Made by a program: the position numbers and the translations under genes | Notes under the pieces: model-generated | What the model saw: the letters and a program-made list of their open reading frames with translations, nothing else | Told to the model about the DNA's origin: nothing | The model's database searches: none | Source of the DNA: Selaginella moellendorffii | Taxonomy: Eukaryota; Plantae; Lycopodiophyta | Direction of reading: 5' to 3' | DNA: 64,000 bases | Assembly (NCBI RefSeq): GCF_000143415.4 | Contig: NW_003314310.1 | Coordinates: forward strand, 1,172,611-1,236,610 | Part shown: positions 39,084 through 51,936 of the stretch, one piece after another | Layout: each line of letters begins with the position of its first letter | Numbering within the stretch: the stretch's first letter is position 1

Positions 39084-42000
39084 ATGGCGGACGAGGAGGC
39101 CGCGCACAAGCAGCACAGGGCATCCAGGGCGGGGGCGTCTGCCGGTGCCAGCAAGCTCAAGAAGAAGAAGAAGAATGATCGCGGCCCCTCCACCAAGCAG
39201 TCCAATCCCAAGGTCAGTAGAACGCATTGCTGCGCGCTTGCTTGACATGCCGCTGCCTCTCCCAGGCCTTCACATTCCGATCTGCCGTGAGAGCAAAGCG
39301 GCAGCAGGCGGTCTCGGCGGAGCGGCAGCAGCGCAAGCTCCATGTCCCAATCCTGGACCGCGCCACTGGCGAGCCGCCCCCATTCGTCATTGTGGTGCAA
39401 GGCCCCCCACAGGTGACTCTGATAACTTTGCACACTCACTTCGCTCATACTTTCTCCAGGTTGGAAAGTCTTTGCTCGTACAGTGTCTCGTCAAGCACTA
39501 CACCAAGCACAGCCTCTCCAACATCAGTGGCCCGATCACTATCATCGCTGGTGTGACTTTTGCTCTCGTTTCGTCGCGCCACTCCGGCTCACGGTGTGTC
39601 TTTGTCTTGGTCCAGGAAAACACCGGCGTCTGCAGTTTATCGAGTGTGCCAACGATCTCAATGCGATGATCGACGCTGCCAAGTTTGCGGACCTTGTTCT
39701 ACTACTCATCGATGGCAGCTATGGTTTCGAGATGGTGAGCCTGCGAGTTCAAGCCCCTAGGCTGGCTAACATTATTTGATGCAGGAAACCTTCGAGTTTC
39801 TCAACTTACTACAAGTTCATGGCTTTCCTAAAGTTATGGGCGTGTTGACGCACTTAGACAAGTTCAAGGATGTCAAGGCGTTGAGAAAGACGAAAAAGCA
39901 GTTGAAGAGCAGATTTTGGACGGAGATTTACGATGGTGCGAAACTCTTTTACCTCTCAGGGCTTATTCATGGAAAGTTAGTCTTTTTCTTTTGGTCATTT
40001 TCAGTGGGGAGCACTAAACGTTTTGTTTTGTTTTGCTCTTTCTAGGTACTCTAAGCGTGAGATCCATAATCTTGCGAGGTTCATATCTGTGGCGAAGTTC
40101 CGGCCATTACAGTGGAGGACTACTCACCCCTACATGATTGCTGACCGTTTTGAAGATGTTACAGCCCCAGAAGATGTTGACGCGAATCCAAAGTGCGACA
40201 GGAATGTAACTATCTATGGCTATCTCCGTGGAACCAATTTGAAGAAAACCATGAAGGTGTCAATGTTTTGCCTGGAAAGTAATTTTTACTGACACATTTA
40301 TTTGATGCAGGTCCATATAGCTGGTGTTGGAGATTGTAGTATGTCCGCTGTTACTCTACTGCCGGACCCATGTCCTCTGCCTTCTGCAGCAAAGAAACGT
40401 GGCCTTCGCGAAAAGGAAAAGCTTTTGTACGCACCCATGGCAGATGTTGGAGACATGCTGTACGACAAGGATGCTGTTTATATAAACATTAGCGACCATC
40501 AAGTGCAGTTTTCTAAAAACTGTGAGGATGCAGAAAAAACACAAGGTAAGAACCATGCCTTTACTTCCTTTACTGACGAGTGAAGGCACCAGGAAAAGAT
40601 GGAGACGTAGGCGAGACGATGGTGAAGTCACTGCAACAATCAAAGTATTCAATTGATGAAAAGCTGCAGCAAAGCTTTATCCAATTTTTCAAAAGTAGCG
40701 CCATTCAAAGCGCCTCTGACTCGGAAGCGGATGAATCTGATGAATCTGGGCCTGAAAAAGATGATGCGATGGCTACTGTTTCAGAAGATGGGAGACTGAG
40801 AAGACGCGTCATGTTTCCAAATGAGGCCGATGAAGAGGGCGCCGCCGAGGTTTGCTTTGCATAATTTGACCAATCCACGTTTTACGTAGCGTCATTCAGG
40901 GACCTGAGGACGTGAACAATGGGGATAGTAGCGAAGACGATATTACAGGAGAGGAAAATGGTGACGAAGAACGTATGGTACATGGAGAAGGAGAAGGAGA
41001 AGAAGAAGAAGAAGGCGAAGGAGAAGGAGAAGAAGAAGAAGAAGGAGAAGGAGAAGGAGAAGAAGGAAAAGAAGAACAAGAAAATGAAGAGAACGAAGAT
41101 GGTAAGCGTTGTTATCCAAAGTAGGGACTGCTGACAAGATTTCTGTGGCTAAACAGTGGAGATGGGAAATGCTTTGCAATGGAAACAAGGCTTGATGAAC
41201 CGCGTTGGAGCATCCAAAAGCAACGTAAATCTGATGCAAGTTGTGTATGGGCATGTGGAGGCTTCATCAAAAGATAAAGACTTCCAAGAAGATATCTCAG
41301 ATAGCGACGAGGAACTGTTTAAGCCAAAACGGCAGCGGCACCAGGCTTCCAAGGTTCCTTTTTCCGTTTTTAATCTCTCTTTTTTTGGACTTAAAGCTTT
41401 CCTCTCTTCAGGACACGGTAGCTGCTAATGCCCAGAACTTAGACTTGGAGGATTGTTCAAGGCTCACATTAGAAGTGGACGACTGGCATAACCAAGAAGT
41501 TATTGAAGCTATTCGTGACCGGTTCGTGACGGGTGACTGGAACAAGGCGTCACAACGACAAAAGGGTGAGGTGGAGGAAGATGATCTGGTGTACGGCGAC
41601 TTTGAAGATTTGGAGACTGGTGAACAACACGTTGCCGCAGAAAATCACGAGGATGCTGAACGGAGGCTGAAGAAACTTGCTCTCAGAGCTGCATTTGATG
41701 CTAAATATCCTTTTCTGTCTCATTTCTGCATTGATATTGTGTCATTTCCTGACTTCGAAGCACATATGATGGGTCAGCCAGCTTAGACGAGGAGAACAAG
41801 GAGGTGGAAGGTCCGAAGGAAAAGGATCACTTTGACAAGGTTCGGTATCCTAAGTTATCGATTGTAGTGTTAACTGAGTTTATCATGTGCAGCTGAAAGA
41901 AGATATGGAGTTGCAAAAGCAAAGAAACGCTGCGGAGCTGCAGGATATTGATGCCACCACACGTATAGAGATGGAGGGGTTTTCTGTGGGAACGTATTTG

Positions 42001-43449
42001 AGAGTAGAGTTCCGCGGAATGCCTTATGAGCTCGTGCATCATTTTGATGCTCGGCATCCAATTCTTGTCGGCGGCATCAGCAAATCTGAAGAGAGCGCCG
42101 GGTTTATGCAGGTAAAGGGAAAACGCTTTTAAGTCTTTGGTTCAAGTATTCTATTCGTGCAGGTCCGATTGAAAAAACATAGGTGGCACAAGAAGGTGTT
42201 GAAGAATCGGGATCCTTTGGTTGTGTCTGCTGGGTGGCGGCGATATCAGACGCTACCAGTGTATTCCCTTGAAGACCGGAATGGACGTCATCGGATGCTG
42301 AAGTACACACCAGAACACATGCACTGTATTGCAACCTTTTGGGGACCCCTTGCGCCTCCAAACACTGGCATTGTCACCTTTCAGAACCTCTCAAACTCCC
42401 AGGTACATACATACAAATACATATACAATCTTGATTTTTACTTCGTGCTTTCATTTTGCAGCCATTATTTCGTATAACTGGGACGGGAGTTGTCTTAGAA
42501 TGGGACCAGTCCGTGCAAATTGTCAAGAAGCTGAAGCTCGTTGGTTATCCTTACAAAATCTACAAGAAAACAGCCTTCATCCGTGATATGTTTACATCGG
42601 AGTTGGAAGTCGCTCGGTTTGAGGGTGCCTCCGTGCGGACTGTAAGTGGAATTCGTGGCCAGATCAAGAAGGTAAGAAATTTAAGTTTGCTGGTTCCAGA
42701 ATGTAACGTTGTTTCAACCAGGCGGTTAAAGCTGGAAGCGGCAAGGAAGGTTCCGTGAGGTGTACCTTTGAAGACAAGATTTTGATGAGTGACATCGTGT
42801 TTTTGCGGACGTGGACGAAAGTTGATATTCCCCGGTTTTTTAATCCAGTGACGACGCTACTGCAGTCACGAGATACCGTGTGGAAGGGTATGAAAACGGT
42901 TGCTGAACTTCGAAGCGAGCAAAATGTGTCCGTTCCCGTAAACAAAAACTCTCTCTACAGAGTAAGTGTTGGTATAATCTTTCGTACTGTGGTTTCATCT
43001 GGCCCTTACATGTGTTGCAGCCGACTGAGAGGCAACCCCGACGTTTTAATCCACTTCAAATTCCGAAGGCTCTGCAAGCTGCACTCCCTTTCAAATCCAA
43101 GCCGAAGCTTTCAGCCAAACGTAAAAAACCACTCTTGGAGTCAGCGCGTGCTGTGGTGCTAGAACCGAACGAGCGGAAGGTTGTGTCTTTGGTGCAACAG
43201 CTCACAACCATTCAAAATGACAAGGTAAGTCTTACAATCGTCCCACAAGTTTCAAGACGTTCAACGTCTCGGTTGTAGGCAAAGAAAAGGAAGCTGGAAC
43301 AACGGAAGAAGAAGGAGGCCTACACTGCTCAAAAGGCAAAGGAGGAGGAAGAGAGCAAGAAAAGAAGGCGAGAAGAGATTCGCGAGCGACACAGGTCCCA
43401 AGCCGTTCCTGGAAGGCCTTTGAACAAGAAGCCCAGGCGAAACGTGTAA
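39084..43449 (+). CDS. BMS1: Ribosome biogenesis GTPase BMS1, multi-exon
   Basis: [58 protein letters not shown] and [18 protein letters not shown]. Stop TAA at 43447-43449. Confidence 0.93.
40983..41100 (+). repeat. Purine-only GAA/GGA tract encoding (GEGEEEEE)n in BMS1
   Basis: ggagaaggagaaggagaagaagaagaa repeats inside an exon. Confidence 0.85.
41705..41763 (+). other. U12-type AT-AC intron in BMS1
   Basis: 5' ATATCCTTTT, branch TTTCCTGAC 10 nt from the 3' end, terminal CAC. Removal gives in-frame AFDAK-YDG. Confidence 0.88.
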
Positions 43450-43516
43450 ACCACAAATACTCTTGTATTTTCCCGCCAGCAGAGAGCGAGGGTTTTTGGT
43501 TTTCGGTGGCTGCAAG

Positions 43517-45268
43517 ATGAAGGCGGGCACCGTGCAGATTGCCTGGCACGGCTGTGACCCAGTGCTCTCTGCCGACTTCCACCCGGTCTCTGGTTTGCTC
43601 GCCACTTGTGGCGCCGACAAGGATATCAAAGTATCAGTCATTTCTCTTTGCTCTCTCGCTCAAGCTCTCGGCTTCCTGTTTGCAGCTCTGGTTACTCGCG
43701 TCTGTGGATGGCAAGGCTCTTACCAAAGTCACATTTGAGGCGAGCTTGTCGCACCATTCAGCTGCTGTCAATGCTGTCCGCTTCTCACCCTCTGGTGGGT
43801 CTTAGGTCCTTTTTCTTCTCTCTATCTCTCTCCGGTTAACTCCCTACGCAGGTGACGCCCTTGCATCCGGTGCCGGCGGTAAGCTTTCCTTGTAACTCTT
43901 TCCCTTTGCTAACTGGAGATCCGTTATAGAAGGAGAGCTCGCGTTGTGGAGGCTCACAGAAAACAAGGATGGTGCTGCGGTGTGGAAGGTGGTCAAGGCA
44001 TTACGGTAGGCTTTGCTTTTTTTCATCACGTGATGCAGAGCGAGCCTCCAGGTCCCACTTGAACGACGTGCACGACTTGGGCTGGTCAGCCGATGGATTG
44101 ATGCTTGCGTCTGGATCTGTGGACAACTCCTGCGTTGTCTGGGACATGACCAAGTGTACGTACTGAGGCTTGATTATGTTGTTTGCTAGCTCCGCTGCTT
44201 GCAGATGAACCCCTGCAAGTTATCAAGGATCACGCACACTACGTACAAGGGGTTGCGTGGGATCCGATTGGCTACTACCTGGCGTCCATGAGCTCGGACA
44301 GGACATGCAGGATATATTCCCGATCACAAACACCGGGGACAAAGGCGTTTACTTGTCAACGTGTTATTTCGAAAGCGGATTTTCCCACTGGGGACAGCAG
44401 CGGAGATGACATCAAGGTGGGCGTGTTGGTTTGATAATGAGATGTTGGACTTCCCTGGCTACCTTGCAGAAATGCCACTTGTTCGCGGATGAGAGCATGC
44501 CATCCTTTTTCCGCAGGCTGGCATGGTCCCCCGACGGCTCCTTTTTACTTGTTCCTGCGGGTGAAACTGCTGTTTGTCACATTAGACCTGTTTTGATGTT
44601 TTGCCTTTTGTTTCCAGGTCTTCACAAGGCCAGCGTCAACGCAGCATTCGCTTTTTCAAGGAGAGACTTGTCCAGGTGACTTAGATTCATGTGTCTTGGG
44701 ATTTTCGCACTGAGACCTGCAGCAACAATATCTAGGCCAGCTCTTCATTTCCCTGGAGCTAGTAAAGCGGTGGTGGCCACGTCCTTCTGCCCCGTCAAGT
44801 TTGCTCTCGAGGGAAACACTGGTTGGTTTCTTGTGCCATCATCTCATAATGTCATTGTCTTTTGTTCAGAGAACCGCGTTTTCAATCTACCGCACCGGCT
44901 TGTCTTTGCTATAGCGACACTCAACTCTGTTGCTATCTATAACACGCAGATGCTCAACCCGACAGCCTTTCTAGGAGGCATTCACTACCGTGCCATCACC
45001 GATCTTGCCTGGTAAACTCTTCTGGCTTCGTTCCCTCCTACAACCGGGCTCTCACCCCCGCCGCAGGTCTTATGACGCCAAGTTCCTGGTTGTCTCGTCA
45101 CAGGATGGCTACTGCACTGTGGTGGAGTTCGAGGAAGGGGAGCTTGGGCGGGCCGTGACAGGTATGTGTATTTCAAAGTGGAACGCCTCGTTTCATGAGT
45201 TTGCATTAGCAGGCAAGGCGGTGGGGGAAGGAGCGCTTTCGCAAGGCCAAGGGCCATTTATAACATGA
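43517..45268 (+). CDS. FAS2: Chromatin assembly factor 1 subunit B (WD40), multi-exon
   Basis: [65 protein letters not shown] and SSQDGYC. The last exon is less certain. Confidence 0.88.
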
Positions 45269-45397
45269 ACATGACAAGAGGACCAAGCAGCAGGCGACAG
45301 CAGTGGGTGTGTGGAGTTTTTTAATCTTTACTTTATCTTCTATAGCGTTTTTTTGCACTGGATTCGCGAGGAGCAGTGTGAGCGCGATGGCATCAGT

Positions 45398-45441
45398 CAC
45401 GTGGCGCTGCGCCCTGCATGGCATGCATGTATGCATGCATG
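45398..45441. promoter_or_regulatory. G-box/ABRE (CACGTGGC) plus RY (CATGCA) cluster upstream of UVR8
   Basis: cacgtggc followed by gcatggcatgcatgtatgcatgcatgg. Confidence 0.4.
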
Positions 45442-45993
45442 GACGATTCAGCTTCCGGCGCGATGAAGAACTTCGTCGCGGGTCGCGGAGAGATAAAATA
45501 AAATATAAAGCTCTCTATAGAGATGATCTCGAATCGAGCACAGGATCAAGCGCAAAGTCGTGGGGAAAGGGTACGGTAATCCTGCCATGCGTCTGATTGC
45601 GATTGAAGCAGGGGAAACAAAAGTCCGGCCGTCTCGACCTGCGGGGATTAAAGATATCGTTGCTACATTATACATTGAGCATGGGCGAGAGAGGAGCATG
45701 TGAAAGCGACAAAAGGGCTTCCAAAGGCTCAGGCTGGCCACTGGCCACACACTCGAGCCCTGACCACGGCCGCTCGCGCTCTTCATTGTATGACGAGGTA
45801 CATTTTCATTCTTCTCTGCTTCCCTTTCATTTGGACGCTGGCTCGTTTCGCTTGTGAATGCGTCAAGGCGTGACTGCTTGTGCGCTTGTGTGCGCACGCC
45901 CCTGGATGGATGGCGAGTAGCTTCCTCTTCCTCGAGCGAGCGAGCGTGAAATGAGGAGCAAGTGATTGTAACGAGGGCGAGGGCGCGATTGCA

Positions 45994-47929
45994 ATGGCCG
46001 GGGAGCGCAAGGTGCTGCTGGTGTCGGCTGGAGCCAGCCACACCGTAGCCCTCCTGTGTAAGCAAGCAAGCATCTCTCGTGTCTAGATTGTCACGCTGTG
46101 GGCTGCAGCCGGCCAAGTGGTGTGCTCGTTTGGGCGGGGCGAGGACGGGCAGCTGGGTCACGGAGATGCGGAGGATCGGCTCTTGCCGCGGATCATCGGT
46201 GCGCTCAACGACTGCGAGATCTCGCTTGTGGCGTGCGGCGCGGATCACACCACCGCCTACTCTGCAACCAGGCTCACCATCTACAGCTGGGGCTGGTACT
46301 GCTACCGTCTTGTCTCTCTCGTCACACACGCCTCTCACTCGTCTTCTTGTCATGGCTCATACATACCAGGGGCGACTTTGGGAGGCTCGGCCATGGCAAC
46401 TCGAGCGATCTCTTCGTACCCCATCCAATCAAGGCGCTGCAGGGCCTCGAGATCAGGCAAATCGCTTGCGGCGACAGCCATTGCCTGGCGGTGACCGCGG
46501 ATGGAGAAGTCTACAGGTGCATTTCCTCTCGTGCATTCCTGCTCGTGCTTTTATCAACCGCTCTGTCTACCTGCGTAGCTGGGGCCGGAACCAGAATGGT
46601 CAGCTCGGGCTGGGAGATACCGACGACTCGCTCGTCCCGCACAAGCTACTAGCTTTCGAGGTATGTCATACGTATACCTTTGCTTGACGTTCGTGGGCAT
46701 GTGCATGCGCGCAGGGGGTGTCCGTCAAGATGCTCGCAGCAGGGGCGGAGCACACGGCAGCTGTGACCGATAGCGGCAAGCTCTACGGCTGGGGGTGGGG
46801 GCGCTACGGAAATCTAGGCCTGGGCGATCGGGGCGACCGGATGCTACCGGCTGAAGTGCCTGCTGTTGGGGTCATTCTCTTCTTAGAGCCCGATTGATGC
46901 ACATTGTATATGGTCTGACTTGGTGGTGACAGGATGAAAAGATGTGCATGGTGGCGTGCGGGTGGAGGCACACCATCGCCGTGTCCCAGTCCGGCAAGCT
47001 CTACACGTATGGGTGGAGCAAGTATGGGCAGCTCGGGCATGGCGACTATGCGGACCATCTCTTACCACACCAGGTGGCAGCCCTGGCGGAGTTCAACATC
47101 ACACAGGTTGGCGAGCATGTTACATGTCGTTCATTGCCCGCGCTTGTGCTGCGTGTAGGTGTCTGGAGGCTGGAGGCACACCGTTGCTCTAACGGAAGCG
47201 GGCAAGCTTTACGGATGGGGGTGGAACAAGGCAAGTCATAGCACTTAGTTGCAATGGCTGACCAGGCAAAGTGTGGCCACATGCAGTTTGGTCAAGTTGG
47301 TAGCGGGGATGTTGATGATCACACCAGCCCGCAATTGATTTCCATTCCAGGACAGCACCAGGTACCTCTGCATCCATTTTCGGTGTGCTAACCGACGCCA
47401 GCGTTGTGGTTGCAGAGAGTGGTGCAAGTCTCGTGTGGTTGGAGACACACCGTCGCGGTGACTGACAAGAACAATGTGTATTCCTGGGGGCGAGGAACAA
47501 GCGGGCAATTGGGACACGGAGATGCTGTGGACAGGTAAGGAACTTACAACCTTTGTAAAGTCCGGCGGCCGCTTACAACATCGCACCTACGAGTTGCAGA
47601 AGCGCACCTAAAGGCATCCAAGCTCTGAGTGCCGACGGCTCGGCCTGTGAGGGCCTGGAGAAATCACCGGAGCCGGCTGTAACCGGTACTTTGCTAGAGA
47701 TCTCCTCTCCTTTTTCATCTTCTTTTGTTGGCTGGCAGGAAGTGGCGTTGCAAATTGGATATCGCCATCCGAGAGATATGCTGTGGTTCCAGATGAAGCT
47801 GTGAGACTCTCTCTGGTTTTCAGTTGAATTGATCTTACTATTCTTTCGTGTTTTGTACAGGTGTTGGTGGGGCAGATGGGAGATGCCAGTGTCCCAGACA
47901 CGGACATAAAGCGCATTAGAACAGACTAG
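45994..47929 (+). CDS. UVR8: UV-B photoreceptor UVR8 (RCC1 fold), multi-exon
   Basis: [10 protein letters not shown], three GWRHT motifs (Trp triad), C27 segment [14 protein letters not shown] with the COP1-binding VP motif, and C-terminal [11 protein letters not shown]. Includes a GC-AG intron at 47231-47286. Confidence 0.95.
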
Positions 47930-48046
47930 AATGTATAGGTGGTAGTTGTAGTTTTTCTTCTCGTTGTGTTTCCTTTGAAGCAAACAAACATGCTGCTGTA
48001 AATTAAACACTTAATTTCTCTCTCTGCTTACTTCTTGACTGCGGCT

Positions 48047-48936
48047 ATGGCGGCTGTGGCCTCACTCGCGTCATTCTCGAGTGTTACATCAAGCAGGACT
48101 TTAGCCACACCCGGGTTGCTGCTTCGGAAATGCAATCGGAACTCCGAGCTCTGTGTCGCCGCTCCCCAACACCCACTTGGGTTGCTGCGAGCATCCTCTC
48201 AAGGTAACACTAGGTAACATACATAATTCAAGATGAGCAAGATGAGCGCAGACAATGTTCCTGCGGAGATCCGCGACGACCCCAAATTCGTCGCTATAAA
48301 CGACGATGATCCAAGCTACGGGCCTACAGTAAGTACGCCATTGTTTTGCCTTGACATATCAAGTCCAACAGCCGTCTGTTGAAAGGCAATGCTCTTGGTG
48401 GGATTTGACAATCACGAGATTCCCAAGGTATGCGCGGCAGCCTCTTTCTCCTGTCGATGGATGGATGGATCGAGATCGATTGTGATCAGGTGATCGAATA
48501 CCTCAAGGGCATGGGTGCGGAGGCCATCGTCAAGGTGATTGTGTGCTGCGAGGACATGCTGCGCGAGACGCTGTGGGAGTGCATGCAGCGTCCATCCAAC
48601 GTGAGCAACCCCCCTCCTGGTACCGCAGGCAGGATGCCGCGCATTTGCTTCATGTCGGGCATGACGGGCCAAGAGGTGGTGACCATTGTGCAAAGCTTCC
48701 CCGGAATAGGTGCGCATTCCTACTTTAAGCCCGTCAACTTACACGCTGTCGCCAGGGTTGGAGGACACCGCATTCGCGGCGCTGGTGCCAAAAACCGCTG
48801 GCCAGAGCCTGGAGCAAGTCATGGAAGAGGTTATCGGAGATCACGAGAGACTGGTAAGTCGAAAACGGAAAAGGATCGATTTAACTCGCGGCCATACAAT
48901 CTTTCTCGGTTCTATACATCACAGAAGAAACATTGA
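48047..48936 (+). CDS. Plastid-targeted DUF3783-like protein, multi-exon
   Basis: Transit peptide, DDPKFVAI..YGPTAMLLVGF, PRICFMSGMTGQE and FAALVPK....L..VMEEVIGDHE. Confidence 0.7.
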
Positions 48937-48948
48937 CACTGAGGACGA

Positions 48949-49128
48949 TCACACCTTGGGAGGAGGAGGCGGGTAGCCGGGCTGGCCGGGTGGAGGAATT
49001 GGGTAGCCGACCGCTGCTGGAGCTTGCATGCTTCTACCCCTTTTCCCGCAGTAGTAGCACAAGAGCGCCAACAAAAGGATGAAGATGGCCACGATGGGCA
49101 GCGGGATCACATACACATACCGACCCAT
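48949..49128 (-). CDS. 59-aa single-pass membrane microprotein with Pro-rich tail (absent from the ORF track)
   Basis: MGRYVYVIPLPIVAIFILLLALLCYYCGKRGRSMQAPAAVGYPIPPPGQPGYPPPPPKV*: about 20-aa hydrophobic helix, juxtamembrane Cys and basic stop-transfer residues, GYP/PPPP tail. Confidence 0.7.
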   Translation of the reverse strand: MGRYVYVIPLPIVAIFILLLALLCYYCGKRGRSMQAPAAVGYPIPPPGQPGYPPPPPKV

Positions 49129-49226
49129 AATCGCAGAAAGAGCAAAAATCCCTAGCTAGGAACAAGAGGAGATCCACCGACCTTGCTTAAAAAGAAGGGA
49201 AAAAGAGAGTAAGCTTCGTAAGAAGA

Positions 49227-49310
49227 TCCGACTTGCCGGAATCGAACCAGCGACCTAAGGATAGCTGTGAGCACTACAGTCCTCCGCTCTACCAACTGAG
49301 CTAAAGTCGG
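49227..49310 (-). tRNA. tRNA-Tyr(GTA) with 11-nt intron (49263-49273)
   Basis: CCGACTTTAGCTCAGTTGGTAGAGCGGAGGACTGTAG[TGCTCACAGCT]ATCCTTAGGTCGCTGGTTCGATTCCGGCAAGTCGGA. T5 terminator at 49200-49204. Confidence 0.97.
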
Positions 49311-49400
49311 GCGTTGGGACATGCGCCATTACATAACCTGTTATGTATGCAAATTCTCCACCTTGCCCTAAAGTCTGGCGCTTCTTCCTTGGGGTGAGAC

Positions 49401-51936
49401 ATGGAGGCGCCCATTCCTCCTCCGGCTGCCGCCGGGGAGACGAGCAACAACGGCAGGCGGAAGAGGCGGCGGCAGGCGAGGGATGTGCTCCTGGAGGAAG
49501 CCATCGACGAGGCTGGGAGCCGGCTGGCGGGCCGAGGTAAGAGCATCCGAGCCCTCCGGCAGCAGGCCAAGAACCGGAGCTACGACGAGACTCTCATCGA
49601 CCAGATGTTTGAGAAGCAGCTGGGAGCGCTCAGGAAGAAGAAGCGGCCCGTGGACGTGGACAAAGAGGTGGATGTGGAGGCGATGATTGGAGCTGCAATA
49701 GGCTTCCCCAGGGAGTCGCTGACGGAGGAGGAGATTGAGGCGGGCGTGGTGGCGACGCTGGGTGGCGAGGAGCAGGCCAACTACGTGATTGTGCGCAACC
49801 ACATCCTTGCGCGCTGGCGGGACAATGTCAACGCGTGGCTGAGCGAGCAGAGGGTGATGGAGTCGATCCGGAGCCAGCACAAGAGCCTCGTCTCCGCGGC
49901 CTACACCTTCCTGCTGTCGTATGGCTACATCAACTTCGGGGTGGCTCCGGCCATGCGGGCCGCCATCCCTGCCGAGGCCACCAGGTGCTCCGTCGTCATC
50001 GTCGGCGCGGGCCTCGCCGGCCTGGCTGCGGCCCGCCAGCTTCGAGCCTTCGGTCACAAGGTGGTGGTGGTGGAAGGCAGGCACCGACCCGGGGGCAGGG
50101 TGTACACCAAGAGGATGGAAGGCGGAGGCCAGGTTGCGGCGGCGGACCTGGGTGGCAGCGTCGTCACCGGCATGCATGGCAACCCGCTCGGGGTGATTGC
50201 AAGGCAGCTGGGCCTCCCCCTTCACAAGATTCGCGACAAGTGCCCGCTCTACCAGCCCGGCGGTGCTCCCGTCAACGAGGATGCCGACCTCAAGGTGGAA
50301 GGCCAGTTCAACAAGCTGCTGGACCTGGCCAGCAAGTGGAGGGAAGAGATGGACAAGGTGTCGGACAGCATTGCGCTGGGGACGACGCTGGAGCACCTGA
50401 GGCACCAGGGGGACGTGGCCCGTGACCCGCAGGAGAGGCAGCTCTTTGACTGGCACCTTGCCAACCTTGAGTACGCCAACGCCGGGCTGCTCTCCAATCT
50501 CTCGCTCGCCTACTGGGACCAGGACGATCCGTATGAGATGGGTGGCGACCACTGCTTCGTGCCGGGTGGGAACGTGAGGCTGGTTGCGGCCCTTGCGGAA
50601 GACGTGCCCGTGTTCTACGGCAAGACCGTCCACACCATCCGCTACGGCAGCAGTGGCGTCCAAGTCCTCACCGCGGACCAGATCTTCGAGGCGGACATGG
50701 CCCTGTGCACCGTGCCTTTGGGAGTGCTCAAGAAGAGGTCCGTCACCTTTGAGCCGGAGCTCCCTCCCAGGAAGTACGAGGCGGTGGACAGGCTTGGCTT
50801 CGGTCTGCTGAACAAGGTGGCCATGCTCTTCCCGGTTGCCTTCTGGGGATCCGAGCTCGACACTTTCGGGCAGCTGACCGACACGCCTGCCAGGAGGGGC
50901 GAGTTTTTCCTCTTCTACAGCTACGCGGCTGTGTCCGGTGGCCCTCTTCTCATTGCCCTGGTGGCTGGCGAGGCTGCAATCAACTTCGAGCGAATGCCGC
51001 CCCTGGAAGCTATCCAGCGTGTTCTGGGAGTGCTTCGAGGTACGGAAGGTGTTGTTTCGAGCTCTGACCCATGCACGGGTACTTTTCTGCAGGTATCTAT
51101 CAACCCCGCGGGGTGGTGGTTCCGGATCCGATTCAGACGGTGTGCACGCGCTGGGGGAGCGATCCTCTTTGCTTCGGGTCATACTCCAACGTAGCCGTGG
51201 GTGCGTCCGGGGAAGACTACGACATACTGGCGGAGAGCGTCGGAGGCCGCTTATTTTTCGCAGGTGAAGCCACTACCCGACGCTACCCAGCCACCATGCA
51301 TGGAGCCTTTCTGAGTGGCTTGAGGGAAGCTGGTAACATTGCAGCTCAGGCTGCGGCCAGGGGCTCACCAGCCCAGGTGCCACGCAAGGACATCCAATCG
51401 TATGCCACGGTGTTGTCGGACATCTTCAGGGAGCCCGACGTCGACTTCGGCAACTTTGCGGTGGTGTACGATCCCAGCTCGCAGGATCCGAGCTCTTGCG
51501 CTTTGCTGCGGGTGGTGATTGGAAACAAAACCAAGGCGAGGCCGGGAGATAGCACGGAGCAGCCCAAGCCGCAACCCCCGCCGCTCCACCTCTACACCAT
51601 GATCACGCGTCAGCAGGCGCTGGAGCTGCGGGAAGTTCGCGGGGGTGACAAAAAGCGACTCCTCTACCTATGCAGCAGGGTAGGCGTCAAGCTGGTGGGG
51701 AGAAGGGGCCTTGGCAGCCGGGGAGACGCCATCATCGCTGCGCTCAAGTGGTCTCGCTCCACCAAGGATCCAGCAGCGGCGCAGGTACAAGTGCTTGGTG
51801 ACGCTTTGGTTTCTTGTGATTAACTCTCTTCAATCTCTTCAATCTCTAGGTGGCGGCTAATGGGAGCAAAACAACTTCCACCACCCCAGCAGCAGCATCA
51901 GGAACAGCAGCAGCAGCACCAGCCAATGGAAGCTGA
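49401..51936 (+). CDS. FLD: LSD1-like histone demethylase FLOWERING LOCUS D (SWIRM + amine oxidase), 3 exons
   Basis: SWIRM ([16 protein letters not shown]), [32 protein letters not shown] and the FLD-type C-terminal [19 protein letters not shown]...GVKLVGR.GLG. Introns at about 51040-51092 and 51786-51849. Confidence 0.88.

Noticed and set aside
49368-51182. 604-aa ORF antisense to FLD (likewise 35850-36578 and 8018-8824)
   Set aside because: Shadow ORFs caused by GC3-rich codon usage on the opposite strand, with no recognisable domain.
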